NCBI GenBank assembly: GCA_964485575.1 | Contig: CAZAJO010000004.1 | Location: forward strand, 25,307-89,306 | Reading direction: 5' to 3' | Source: an uncultured Gammaproteobacteria bacterium | Lineage (GTDB): Bacteria > Patescibacteriota > Microgenomatia > Levybacterales > GWA1-39-11 | Length of the DNA stretch: 64,000 nt | Shown: positions 26,002 to 35,807 of the stretch, in pieces | How the letters are laid out: every line of letters begins with the position of its first letter | How positions within the stretch are numbered: the first letter of the stretch is position 1 | Position numbers and translations under genes: made by a program | The notes under the pieces: generated by a model | What the model was told of the DNA's origin: nothing | Database searches by the model: none | Seen by the model: the letters and a program-made list of their open reading frames with translations, nothing else

Positions 26002-29000
26002 TTAATGACATGCTACGTTATATGAATGACTTGGGGAGACCTGTGATGTACACCCACTATTAGTAAAGTACCAATTAAAGTCGGTAAGACTGTAAGTACC
26101 TTGGTTAGAAGGCGCACTAGCCCCACAGGCCGATGGATGTTGACCAACAGTATGACCCGTACAATAGAGAATTGATCCAACTGAAGTACAAACACCAGTT
26201 CCATTATTATCTTTTATCCAGCCTGAACCAGTGGTAGTTCCAGTACAGTAGTCTACAGACTCTTTAACCGATGAGTTGTTACAATCATAGTCATAATCTC
26301 CATTCAACCCACTTCCTGTTGGGGTTGAGAAGTATAAGGTCTGTCCCGGAAATACATTTGCGTTAAGATCATAACAGTCAGCAGTTCCTGAAGCTGAAGC
26401 TCTGTATCCATATGCTAAGGATGAACCAGAGCAAACGGACTGAGAGCCACCGGTAGTGTAAGTGTCATTGTCTGCATCTGAGTATCCAGTTATATTTTGC
26501 CATTTCCCTCCATCGTCATAATTATTATTGTCACCATTGTTACCAGATTGTGCGCAATCTGTACCGGAAGACACACTTACACCAGGCCTTAAAGATGCAC
26601 CAGAACATATCTGTGATTGGAACGAAGGATTAACGCCGTCGCTATCGTTATCTGGATACCCTGTTGAAAGCATTTGATAGTAAGAGCTAGTAGTATCGTC
26701 ACAATCCGTATTATCGGTAGACCACCCTGAAGCAGGAGCTCCAGTTAAACACTGTACCTGCGATGTCTGAGCCAATGGTTTTATAGACATATTGATACCT
26801 AATATAGTTGTACCTCCAGGAGAACTCTGGTTAAACTGAGCCCAATAGGTAGCTTTATTTCCATTATATTTACGATATACTCCAACTAAAGAGTCATTTG
26901 AAGCATACTGAATAAAATAATCACTATACAATTCGTCCCCAAACCCAGGGGCTGAATAAAATACTTTTGAAGAACTCCCTGAATTAGACCCGCCAACTTG
27001 TAAATATAAATCGCCTGCAGTGTAGGCTATTGATGCATCTGAGACAGAATTATATGAACCAGCTGCTCTAATAGGAGCACTTGTTGCTACGTTACTAAAT
27101 GATGTAATAAATCCCTGAGAAGCACCGGTTGATGAGCTTAATGTGAACGCATATGAAGCCCCTTCACCGCTTGCATATTTGTACCAGACATCTAATCCGG
27201 TATTTGTTCCATTATAGGAACTTCTAACTAAATTCCATGTACCGCCACCCGCTGGAGCGCTGACTGTTCTATTACTCCCTCCTTCGTGCTCCACAACAGC
27301 TATCATAAACATACCATCGACTATATCAGCTGGTTTATTAATGGTTAGTGTCGTACCACTGGAAATCGATGCTTTAGTAGTAATCCCATTAGTAAAACTT
27401 GGTCCATTATTACCGTGTCCGTCCAAGTCATTATCAGAGTATACTGTTGTATTGGTACAGCTTGCCGGAGTTGTTAGATTAACTACATTTGATATTGCTC
27501 CTGCTCCTGCGGCATTTTTTGCCCTAACTGCATAACTATAATTTGTAGTTTGTGATACGGTTGAATCACTTAATGAGGTTGAAGCTGTGCTATTAAGCGT
27601 AGCTGAAGGGGTACAATTACCATTACATCTTAATAAGTCATATCCATTAGTAATAGCAGGTACCGCTCCACCTACTTGTGTTCCGCTCCACGATGCATCA
27701 ACCCTGTTGTAGACAGGTGCAGTTGCGCTAAACGATGAAGGTGCGCAAGGCGCACCGCTGGGATTGTCCTGACAGTCAGTCGTTGCTGAAAGTTTTTGCC
27801 CATCAGGAAGCCAGGTGTTCGCATTTGAGGTGTCTTTGTAATATGTTCTTCCACTCACCTGCGTTGGTGTTCCAACGCATTGCGCGGCTGCGGCTGCAGA
27901 GGTTTTATAACCATCATTATCTGCATCTGTTACTAATCCGTCAATAGTCCTAAAAGTGTAGGCGTTGTTAGGATTACAATCTACTGAAGCTGAAGCGCTT
28001 GCCATCTTCCAAGCATAATTATAATTTGTAGATAGGGTATTTCTTCTAACAAATTCAGATGCAGCTGATGGTGTTGAGCCTACATATTGGGTCTTGTCAT
28101 CCAGTATCCCATCACCGTCTTTATCATGGACAAATACTCCACCCTTCTTCAATGATCCTCCGCGGGCAATAACGAGTGATGAATTAGGCTTTTGGAGTTG
28201 GAAGCTTCCAAATGCAACTTGTTGTGAAGGACCAATTGTCATTTGCGCAGTTGTACTAAGAATTAGTGACCCTGTGTTAGTGGTTCCTGAACCTGTGTCT
28301 ACTCCATTGAAATTACCATTTAGGTTACAGGTTGCAGAGGCAGGAATTGTAAGATTTCCTGAAGCTGGTGGGTCGCAAGGACTTGCCGGACCGTCCCCTG
28401 TTGTAAATGTCGCAACTGTTGCTCCACCAGTCGTACCATTAGTATTTATAGCAAATGAGCAATACCAGTATTGTGTATTAGGCTCAAGAAATGTGTTGGC
28501 ATTTGGTGGTATGGTATAAGTAAATGTGTGTGGGCTACTATCTGCACCTATCACTACGTCATTTCCTGATGACTGAGGATACCGGATTCCAAGGCTGTCA
28601 CTATTACAATTTCCAGGAGTTGTAGTATACACCCTAAAGTGACCAGTTGAGGCTGAGGAATTAGGGTTGGCTACTCCAGACAGAGTTACGTAATACGAAT
28701 TGATACCTGTCGGTGAATTTGTGTCTACTCCAGTTGGATTTACATTCAAAGTAGTAAATGTTCCGACATTTGAATACCCATAACCCACCGAATTATGAGC
28801 ATACGCAACGAAAGAATAACCAGTATTTTGTGTAAGACCGCTTATTGTCTGTGTGAAGCCAGTTGTCGCTGTACCACCTTCAGGAGTACAAGTAACTCCT
28901 GTCCCACCAGATTGTGGATTTGAATTAGTTGTTGTTACTGAATAACAAATACCACGCGCGTCAATAGCTTGAGTTCCAGCTGATGTAACCGTGCCACCTA

Positions 29001-31137
29001 GAAGAGCGCTTGTTCCGGTTATTGATGCTGAAGTTGGTGTCGTCACAGTGGGTGGAGCAGCTGTACATACTGAGAGTGCATAAACTTCTACTTCGTTAGG
29101 TGTAAAGGTACTTGTTCCGCTTAAGTAAGTGAATGCACCCTGACTGGATGGTTGCTGCCAATAACTTGAGTTATTATTATTTCCCCAGGATGTATTCAAG
29201 TTTGCACTATTAGGTGCGGCCAAATTGCCTCCACCACCCATGTAGGGTCCATAAGAACTTGCACCCAACAACATATAATCAGAGTAGTTAACCTGCGCAA
29301 GCTTATAATTGTCTGAGATACTAAAAAGCAGTGCTCCGGCACCGGCGATCCAAGAACCTGCTGAATTCCATGATTTTGGAGCATATGCTCCAAATACTTT
29401 ACTATTTGCAGAGTTTCTAATCAAAATCAATGTCGGCCCCTGATTATCAACTGCTGTATGGAAATTTGCTAGTGTCCAACCATTTACAGTTCCTTTATAA
29501 AGCAATGTTCCTTGCATTTTTGATGTACCCAAAAATCCTTTTACTGTTGTTGAGTCTGCAGAATTCGCTATACCTGATCCTGGGAAAAGACTACACGCAG
29601 TAGATGAAGTTGCAGACAATGTAAATGAAACAACAGATGAATAACCCGGACTACCTATGGAAGTTGATTGAAAACAATACACATAAGTAGCACCTGCTGT
29701 AAGCCCAGTTATTTGAGCTGACCGAGGAAAATAATTTCCATTGTTATTACCGGACGATGAATTTGATGTTGTATTTGGCAGACTGCTACATGCAGATCCT
29801 GTCGTATAAGTTGGGGATATTCCATACCGGAAGTAACCATTTGAAGAAGCTCCATAACTGTTAATACCAGCAGTCAGAACTGCTGTTGTATCGTCTACCA
29901 AAATTGCCCCATAGTTACTAACGGCAGGCACAGGAAATGTCTGCTCTCCCCCAACAGTATTGATGAATTTACCTGCACCACTACCCTGATTTTGAACTGT
30001 GTAATATTCAGTATTAAGCCACCCGGCAGTTCTTGCTACATTGGAAATTCTAACCTCATCTATGCTACCCAAAAATGCTTGCGATGTATTCCCATCATAT
30101 CTTCCACCAATACCTAATCCGTTAGTACCATCATAATTTCCCAAAGTCACACCGGGAGATGTTGAATATGCAGCCAAATTAAAATATATGTTAAATGCAG
30201 ATCCATTATAAGTAGATGCTAAATACGTCCAGGTGACATCAGATAAGCTGCTTGTAGTAGCGTACAGTGGATAAGAGGTCGTATCACTAGCAATTTGACC
30301 TCCAATTTCAGTATCGCTACCATTATTAAACTGAAGACCATAAGGGCCATAAGGACTTGCACTGTTTTGTCCGAACCAAACCGGTTTTCCCCAGGTATCT
30401 TGAGCTCCATTTCTATATACCCAAGCACTTAGTGTCACATTTGAAGGCTTAAGACTAGCATGGTTAGCTACTGTAACTCTACCGCTTGAACCGTTGGACG
30501 AGATTCCATTTCCGACTTTTCCTGCTACGCCCGTTGTTGCTCCGACATTTGTACCATTATTGGCATTTGAAGTAGAATCATTTAAATTGGCTCCCAAATG
30601 CCAAACTCCAGCATAGTTACTGCTCCAAACATCGGTCTTATTTTCTTGGGTAGAACTGATACTAGAATTTCCATAGTATACATACAAAACAGTATTTGAA
30701 CCTGAATAAAGATTTAATACTTTAACCCACATTTTAATGGTTCCTGTTGTTCCATCATAACTTTCTATCTCGTGCGATAATTTTGTACCCTCAGCATCAT
30801 CTGTAAAGATGATATCGAATCCACTTGCATTATTGACCCTTCCCCCATTAGCAGTTGTTCTTAGTTGCGAATCTGTTATAGCAACAAGAACCGGGAAATT
30901 ATTGAGAGTCGACCCACCAGGAACCTGCGACCCATCGATAGTCAACTGCTTTTTATATATATATCCTGTGTCATACCAGGCTTCGGATTTATGTACACCT
31001 AGAGGAGATGATTCATTAATGCCATCAGGTGTTAATATATTTGTGTATTGAGCAATAAAACCAATACTTAAAAAGACAAATAAAAGAAATACCTTTGATT
31101 TTTTCATACTGAATTTTTTAAATATATTTCTCTTCAT
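26002..31137 (-). CDS. Giant 1711-aa secreted protein with LamG/ConA-like lectin domain and Cys-rich C-terminal region
   Basis: N-terminal signal peptide. GVWHLGANLNDSTSNANNG...GSIDEVRISNVARTAGW fits the laminin-G-like jelly-roll pattern. Thr/Ser/Gly-rich throughout. Confidence 0.8.
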   Translation of the reverse strand: MKRNIFKKFSMKKSKVFLLFVFLSIGFIAQYTNILTPDGINESSPLGVHKSEAWYDTGYIYKKQLTIDGSQVPGGSTLNNFPVLVAITDSQLRTTANGGRVNNASGFDIIFTDDAEGTKLSHEIESYDGTTGTIKMWVKVLNLYSGSNTVLYVYYGNSSISSTQENKTDVWSSNYAGVWHLGANLNDSTSNANNGTNVGATTGVAGKVGNGISSNGSSGRVTVANHASLKPSNVTLSAWVYRNGAQDTWGKPVWFGQNSASPYGPYGLQFNNGSDTEIGGQIASDTTSYPLYATTSSLSDVTWTYLASTYNGSAFNIYFNLAAYSTSPGVTLGNYDGTNGLGIGGRYDGNTSQAFLGSIDEVRISNVARTAGWLNTEYYTVQNQGSGAGKFINTVGGEQTFPVPAVSNYGAILVDDTTAVLTAGINSYGASSNGYFRYGISPTYTTGSACSSLPNTTSNSSSGNNNGNYFPRSAQITGLTAGATYVYCFQSTSIGSPGYSSVVSFTLSATSSTACSLFPGSGIANSADSTTVKGFLGTSKMQGTLLYKGTVNGWTLANFHTAVDNQGPTLILIRNSANSKVFGAYAPKSWNSAGSWIAGAGALLFSISDNYKLAQVNYSDYMLLGASSYGPYMGGGGNLAAPNSANLNTSWGNNNNSSYWQQPSSQGAFTYLSGTSTFTPNEVEVYALSVCTAAPPTVTTPTSASITGTSALLGGTVTSAGTQAIDARGICYSVTTTNSNPQSGGTGVTCTPEGGTATTGFTQTISGLTQNTGYSFVAYAHNSVGYGYSNVGTFTTLNVNPTGVDTNSPTGINSYYVTLSGVANPNSSASTGHFRVYTTTPGNCNSDSLGIRYPQSSGNDVVIGADSSPHTFTYTIPPNANTFLEPNTQYWYCSFAINTNGTTGGATVATFTTGDGPASPCDPPASGNLTIPASATCNLNGNFNGVDTGSGTTNTGSLILSTTAQMTIGPSQQVAFGSFQLQKPNSSLVIARGGSLKKGGVFVHDKDGDGILDDKTQYVGSTPSAASEFVRRNTLSTNYNYAWKMASASASVDCNPNNAYTFRTIDGLVTDADNDGYKTSAAAAAQCVGTPTQVSGRTYYKDTSNANTWLPDGQKLSATTDCQDNPSGAPCAPSSFSATAPVYNRVDASWSGTQVGGAVPAITNGYDLLRCNGNCTPSATLNSTASTSLSDSTVSQTTNYSYAVRAKNAAGAGAISNVVNLTTPASCTNTTVYSDNDLDGHGNNGPSFTNGITTKASISSGTTLTINKPADIVDGMFMIAVVEHEGGSNRTVSAPAGGGTWNLVRSSYNGTNTGLDVWYKYASGEGASYAFTLSSSTGASQGFITSFSNVATSAPIRAAGSYNSVSDASIAYTAGDLYLQVGGSNSGSSSKVFYSAPGFGDELYSDYFIQYASNDSLVGVYRKYNGNKATYWAQFNQSSPGGTTILGINMSIKPLAQTSQVQCLTGAPASGWSTDNTDCDDTTSSYYQMLSTGYPDNDSDGVNPSFQSQICSGASLRPGVSVSSGTDCAQSGNNGDNNNYDDGGKWQNITGYSDADNDTYTTGGSQSVCSGSSLAYGYRASASGTADCYDLNANVFPGQTLYFSTPTGSGLNGDYDYDCNNSSVKESVDYCTGTTTGSGWIKDNNGTGVCTSVGSILYCTGHTVGQHPSACGASAPSNQGTYSLTDFNWYFTNSGCTSQVSPSHSYNVACH

Positions 31138-31138
31138 A

Positions 31139-31546
31139 TTAATTTATTGTTATAGTTCCAATTTTTTTGTTATTTTTGAGATTTACAACTGACAACTCCC
31201 CAACCTTACCAAAAACAGGACCTCCTACTGACTTACCAGCAGGAATGATAATTTTGTCAATATTTATTACACCCTGAAGTGAAATGGTCATTTCCTCAGT
31301 TGTACTATTTGTAAAAATAATTGTTTTATCTTTTAGTACATCTACAATTACTGGTAGCATCCCAGCTTCATTAATTATTACTGAAGCCTTGTATTCCTTT
31401 GGGATATTTGTTTTAACTACATCCGATGTTTTTACTACATCTGTATTAACTATTTTTCCATCATCTTTTTTAAGGTACCAAAATATACCTCCGGTCAGAA
31501 TTATTATTCCTCCCAAAAATATTATTGCTAATGTTCTTGTATTCAT
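31139..31546 (-). CDS. Small N-terminally anchored hypothetical protein, in an operon with the pilin and the giant gene
   Basis: N-terminal TM LAIIFLGGIIILTGGIFWYL. Overlaps neighbours by 1-8 nt. Confidence 0.5.
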   Translation of the reverse strand: MNTRTLAIIFLGGIIILTGGIFWYLKKDDGKIVNTDVVKTSDVVKTNIPKEYKASVIINEAGMLPVIVDVLKDKTIIFTNSTTEEMTISLQGVINIDKIIIPAGKSVGGPVFGKVGELSVVNLKNNKKIGTITIN

Positions 31547-31551
31547 AGTAT

Positions 31552-32496
31552 TTATTGATTCGCTCTTATTGACCCTGTTTGGGTATTCCCACGATCATCT
31601 GTTCCTATAATGTCATATCCATAGTGAGTATATGTGTCAGTTACCTGCCAGGTCCCCGTCCAAGTTCCACTCTGAGCGGTTCCACCTGTCCTTGATAGTG
31701 TGAATTCACGTGCATCTCCATCTGAATAAAGGATTGCCTTCATTGATGTAATGTTACCAACTGTGTCGTCAGCAAGAACCTGTATTGATTGTGCCATACC
31801 AATAGTCTGATATAACGGCATGACGGTGACTTGATAGATATCGGGGTTGACTCCTGCTTGATTTCCTAAGTTGTAAGTGACCGATCCTACTGGTGGTGTT
31901 GGGGTTGGGGTTGGAGTTGCTGATGGCAATGGTGTTGGTGTTGGAGTTGGACTGATAGACTCAATTCCACCTGCAATCGAAGCAGCTGAGGCAAGAGCAC
32001 TACAATTTACTGCTCCTGACAGGGTACATGCCCATACACCACTGGTATATCCGCTAGGTGTACAGTTGGATAATGATGAAAGTGGACAGACATTTGTCAG
32101 AGCCGAAGATTTACTAACCTGAGCAAATATTACATTCCATTGTGGACAAGAAGCAGCTGACTCAGTCCTATATTTATAACACTCACCATTCCCACCATTA
32201 CATTTAGGATCCTGTGGGACCTTCTTCATATAAGTAGTTGCATTGACTTTCCACTCCTGACCGAAAGGAAGTTGAGATGGATAACACTTTGTATCGTTGT
32301 AGTAAAGGTCTACTGCTGTCTTTATAGCTTGAATGTCAGCGAGTCTTTGAGAGTCCTGACCTTTATTTATTTGAGCGATAGGATTTAGGGTCAAAAGTAC
32401 TCCTCCAATGAGTGTTGCTAGTATAGTTCCTGCAACTAATACCTCAACGAGGGTAAATCCGAATTTTTTTTGTGATTGGGCAGTTTTTATATTCAT
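31552..32496 (-). CDS. Type IV pilin-like / pseudopilin protein (class III prepilin signal) with TP-repeat linker
   Basis: KKFGFTLVEVLVAGTILATLIGG is a prepilin cleavage/methylation motif (G|FTLVE). Also a TPTPTPLPSATPTPTPTPP linker. Confidence 0.7.
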   Translation of the reverse strand: MNIKTAQSQKKFGFTLVEVLVAGTILATLIGGVLLTLNPIAQINKGQDSQRLADIQAIKTAVDLYYNDTKCYPSQLPFGQEWKVNATTYMKKVPQDPKCNGGNGECYKYRTESAASCPQWNVIFAQVSKSSALTNVCPLSSLSNCTPSGYTSGVWACTLSGAVNCSALASAASIAGGIESISPTPTPTPLPSATPTPTPTPPVGSVTYNLGNQAGVNPDIYQVTVMPLYQTIGMAQSIQVLADDTVGNITSMKAILYSDGDAREFTLSRTGGTAQSGTWTGTWQVTDTYTHYGYDIIGTDDRGNTQTGSIRANQ

Positions 32497-33017
32497 TTTA
32501 TAATGATTATTCCAGTCATTTCTGGATTTGCTTTGTTGCGATATGTATATGTACCAGGAGTGTTGAACCTAACCTCTTTCAAATCACTTGGCTCAAGCGT
32601 TCCTATGTTAAGGATCTTACTATTCTCATCATTTGCCTCAATCGTGATTGCGTCTGCGTCAATATTAAGAAATGATATAAATCCCTCTTTTGGAATTGTA
32701 GCAACATTTGGATTGAACCTTCTTGAACTTACCATGACAGTTGTATTGACGATTGGTGGGATGGTTGGATAAGGAGTATTTGTAGTTGTATTCATTGGTA
32801 CGGAAGGAGTATTTTCGACTGAAACGTTATTCTGTTTTCCTTTACCAAATAGTACGATGATCGAAAGGAGAAGAAAAACAATAATACCTGCAACAAGTAT
32901 TCCCATGATGATCTTCTCGTTCTTGTTCATAGATTTCTTGACTTCACTACCGATAAACCCCTCTTGAGAATGGTTTGATTGAGGATGTGCTTTATGTTCA
33001 TGTCTTCTTCTTAACAT
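32493..33017 (-). CDS. Membrane-anchored hypothetical protein (degenerate cupredoxin-like C-terminus?), first gene of the pilin-giant operon
   Basis: TM IIMGILVAGIIVFLLLSIIVLF. C-terminal PGTYTYRNKANPEMTGIIIIK resembles a metal-less cupredoxin strand pattern; this is weak. Confidence 0.5.
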   Translation of the reverse strand: MLRRRHEHKAHPQSNHSQEGFIGSEVKKSMNKNEKIIMGILVAGIIVFLLLSIIVLFGKGKQNNVSVENTPSVPMNTTTNTPYPTIPPIVNTTVMVSSRRFNPNVATIPKEGFISFLNIDADAITIEANDENSKILNIGTLEPSDLKEVRFNTPGTYTYRNKANPEMTGIIIIK

Positions 33018-33060
33018 AAATAAATTCTATACAGCAAAAAACCCTTTTCAGGCTTATATA

Positions 33061-33100
33061 CCTATTTAGTATATGTACGTTTTTTTTCCCTTGTCAAGCC
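33061..33100 (-). promoter_or_regulatory. Minus-strand promoter (TTGACA-18-TATACT) within the inverted copy of the AAGGGCTTGACAAGGGAAAAAAAA motif
   Basis: Reverse complement of 33061..33100 reads aagggcttgacaagggaaaaaaaacgtacatatact. It sits upstream of the gene starting at 33017. Confidence 0.45.
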
Positions 33101-33304
33101 CTTCAAATTAGGGCGCAGTGCCGGCATCTTTTGATGGGCGGTGCAAGCACATATTTTGCTCAAAAATGATTAATTTTACCTATTACAAAGAGTGTATAAA
33201 TACTCATAAATATATAAGACTATATCTTTTAGTACTACAATCTAACACTTTTAATCGCATCTACTCTTCCTATATATGTAATGTTATTGAGTTAGTTTGA
33301 ATTA

Positions 33305-33334
33305 TTGACATCCATTCAGCTACTTTGCTAATGT
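33305..33334 (+). promoter_or_regulatory. Putative promoter TTGACA-18-TAATGT for the gene at 33396
   Basis: ttgaca at 33305..33310 and taatgt at 33329..33334. Confidence 0.3.
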
Positions 33335-33395
33335 GGAATATACCCTTATTTTCTTGTTCAGCTTTTTTTCAGGAAAAGCATAGTAATCTAAATAT

Positions 33396-35564
33396 ATGAG
33401 TAAATCGGTTTTATCATTTTTATCATCAGTTGCCACCATTATCACGGCAACTCTCTTTCTTTTGTTTCCGCTATTCTTCTTGACGATAACTACAGATTTC
33501 TTCACATTTCCAAAACAAATATTGATCGTTATTGGATCGTTACTTCTGTTAGTTCTTTGGGGTATAAAAGTTGTAGTTGAAAAAAGAATCACCTTTCTTC
33601 TCAATCCTCTCAATTTACCTATCCTTCTTTTTGGGCTCGTTCTTATTCTTTCAACCTTCTTCTCCTTGTCGTCTCAGGACGCTGTACTCCAATCTGTACC
33701 GGTCATTCTCCTTTGCGTACTTTTTGTAACAACCGTCAATTTCATCACTGAGAAGTCATCATTTACGATAGTAGTAACCTCCCTTATTATTGGAAGTGCT
33801 CTTTCTACTCTTTTAAGTATCTTTTCCTACTTCAATATATATCTACTTCCTTTTGAGGCTATAAAAAATCCAGGGTTTAACACTCACGGCTCTCCAGTCC
33901 AATACGCTGCTTTTTTGATCCCATTACTAATCCTTTGCGTTGCCTCACTCCTTGATATTGTCAAGAAAGGTAAGTTGAAGTCAATTACCAAAGATTACTC
34001 ATATATTCTTCAGCTTGTATCGGCTGTAATTTTTGCAGTCGGCCTTGGAATAGTTATCTTCCAGATCGTATCTGCACCTCAAAAACCGATTCTTCTACCT
34101 TTCAATCACGGTTTTCAGGTAGCATTTGCGACAATTAGTCAGGATGTTCCTCAAAGACTTGCCCAATCATTACTTCTGGGGAGTGGATATGGGACGTTCT
34201 CGACTGATTTTACACGATATGTATCTCCAGCTTTTAACACACTTTCCTTTTGGAATCTAACATTTGCTTTCTCATCCTCTTATGTTTTGGAGATATTGGC
34301 AACTACTGGTATATTGGGGCTTTTTACTTTTGCCTTCATTTTCCTGAATTTCTTGAGAAGCAAAGCCGCACCATCAAATCCGCTGTTCCTTTCGACACTT
34401 GCCGTCTTTATCATGACTCTTCTTATTCCATTCTCTTATTCTTTGGTTTTTCTTCTATTCGCACTATTGAGTCTATTTGTGTGCTACAGAGCGATAGCCA
34501 GGGCTAAAGGATTTGATAGTATCGCACTCAATCTAGTGGCATTGCGTCAAGGCCTTATCTCAGTTACTGAGGAGGGAGCAAAGAAAAATAAAGAGAACTT
34601 AGTACTACCAGCAATCGTTTTGGCAGTAACCGTCTTGATTGCTGCATTTGTGCTTTTCTACCTGACTGGGACGGGTGCAACACCAAGAAAAGGCTATTTA
34701 TCCCTTATCAGCTCTGATATCAAATTTGCAAAGTCCTTCTCCCAAGAAGCATTAAGATCCGGAACTCAAACATATAACCTGGAGACGCAAGCAATTTCTG
34801 AATATCCATACAGAAGCGACTATTACAGACTGTTCTCTCAAATCAATCTTGCACTTGCCGCAAACATAGTAACAGCACAACAAGGCAGAAAGCCATCAGA
34901 AGACGTGCAAAATAATATCATTGCCCTTCTTCAACAAAGCATTAACAGTGCAAGACAAGCAGTAACCTTGTCTCCTCTTTCATCAGTCAATTGGCAAAAT
35001 CTAGGCCAAATCTATAGAAATCTCATCGGAGTTGGCCAGAATGCTGAACAATTCGCGGTCGCCTCGTACAATCAGGCATCAACGCTCAATCCCTCAAATC
35101 CAAGCCTTAGAATAGAGCTTGGTGGAATATATTACCAACTAAAACAATGGGATCTAGCACAAAATCAATTCAATATCGCTCAACAACTAAAAGCAGATTA
35201 TCCAAATGCATACTACAACCTTGGTCATGTTTATGAGGAAAAAGGAGACCTTCAGAATGCTTTGATCCAATATAGAACGGTTGCTCAGCTCGTAGCCAAT
35301 GACAAGCCAAATCTTGACAAAATCAATGGTGAGATCAAAGCGTTAGAGGATAAAATCGGCCAAGCAGAGGCTCAAAACGCAGAAACAAAGCAACCCGCAA
35401 CAGATACTACACCACTTGGAGTAGATAAGCCTCAAACTGAATTCCCACCAAAAAATCCTAAGGAAACCATTCCAGCTCCTCCAAAAGGTGTTGTGACTCC
35501 AAAACCAACAGCTACTGTTACACCAGCTCCTACAGTTGAGGTTTCTCCAACACCAGTTAACTAA
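33396..35564 (+). CDS. O-antigen-ligase-like polytopic membrane protein with C-terminal TPR repeats and Pro/Thr-rich tail
   Basis: At least 10 TM helices in the N-terminal half. C-terminal TPR-like repeats (ADYPNAYYNLGHVYEEKGDLQNALIQY). Confidence 0.65.
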   Translation: MSKSVLSFLSSVATIITATLFLLFPLFFLTITTDFFTFPKQILIVIGSLLLLVLWGIKVVVEKRITFLLNPLNLPILLFGLVLILSTFFSLSSQDAVLQSVPVILLCVLFVTTVNFITEKSSFTIVVTSLIIGSALSTLLSIFSYFNIYLLPFEAIKNPGFNTHGSPVQYAAFLIPLLILCVASLLDIVKKGKLKSITKDYSYILQLVSAVIFAVGLGIVIFQIVSAPQKPILLPFNHGFQVAFATISQDVPQRLAQSLLLGSGYGTFSTDFTRYVSPAFNTLSFWNLTFAFSSSYVLEILATTGILGLFTFAFIFLNFLRSKAAPSNPLFLSTLAVFIMTLLIPFSYSLVFLLFALLSLFVCYRAIARAKGFDSIALNLVALRQGLISVTEEGAKKNKENLVLPAIVLAVTVLIAAFVLFYLTGTGATPRKGYLSLISSDIKFAKSFSQEALRSGTQTYNLETQAISEYPYRSDYYRLFSQINLALAANIVTAQQGRKPSEDVQNNIIALLQQSINSARQAVTLSPLSSVNWQNLGQIYRNLIGVGQNAEQFAVASYNQASTLNPSNPSLRIELGGIYYQLKQWDLAQNQFNIAQQLKADYPNAYYNLGHVYEEKGDLQNALIQYRTVAQLVANDKPNLDKINGEIKALEDKIGQAEAQNAETKQPATDTTPLGVDKPQTEFPPKNPKETIPAPPKGVVTPKPTATVTPAPTVEVSPTPVN

Positions 35565-35585
35565 AGTTAATAGTAAAAATTCCTT

Positions 35586-35760
35586 GATCGTCGATTGCAG
35601 TTCTGAACTTGAGATTTAGATTGAGCGAACGTCTCGACAGCCGAAAAGGCGGAGTGTATTCACGAAGTCCGGGCTGTAGTGAAAGAATGAGAAATCGAAC
35701 GTTCTAGACTGCTCCTCGACGAGAGCTTTTTGTTCTTTTCTCGGAAGAAAAGAACAAAAG
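35586..35760. repeat. Structured non-coding repeat, family 2 copy 1 (about 175 nt), ending in a perfect palindromic hairpin
   Basis: About 85% identical to 47555..47735. Hairpin gttcttttc-tcggaa-gaaaagaac at 35732..35755. Compensatory GUG-UAUU-CAC versus GCG-UACC-CGC between copies. Lies between convergent genes, so it is non-coding. Confidence 0.5.
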
Positions 35761-35807
35761 ATAGAATTAATGTAGGAAGCTCAGCGGGTCGTTTCGCAAC
35801 CCATTGT

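Noticed and set aside
35732-35755. Perfect 9-bp palindromic hairpin (also at 47700..47723) as a canonical bidirectional rho-independent terminator
   Set aside because: Because the sequence is palindromic, both strands have the U tract 5' and the A tract 3' of the stem. That is the wrong side for an intrinsic terminator. Rho is encoded nearby, so termination may be Rho-dependent. Kept only as a structural feature.
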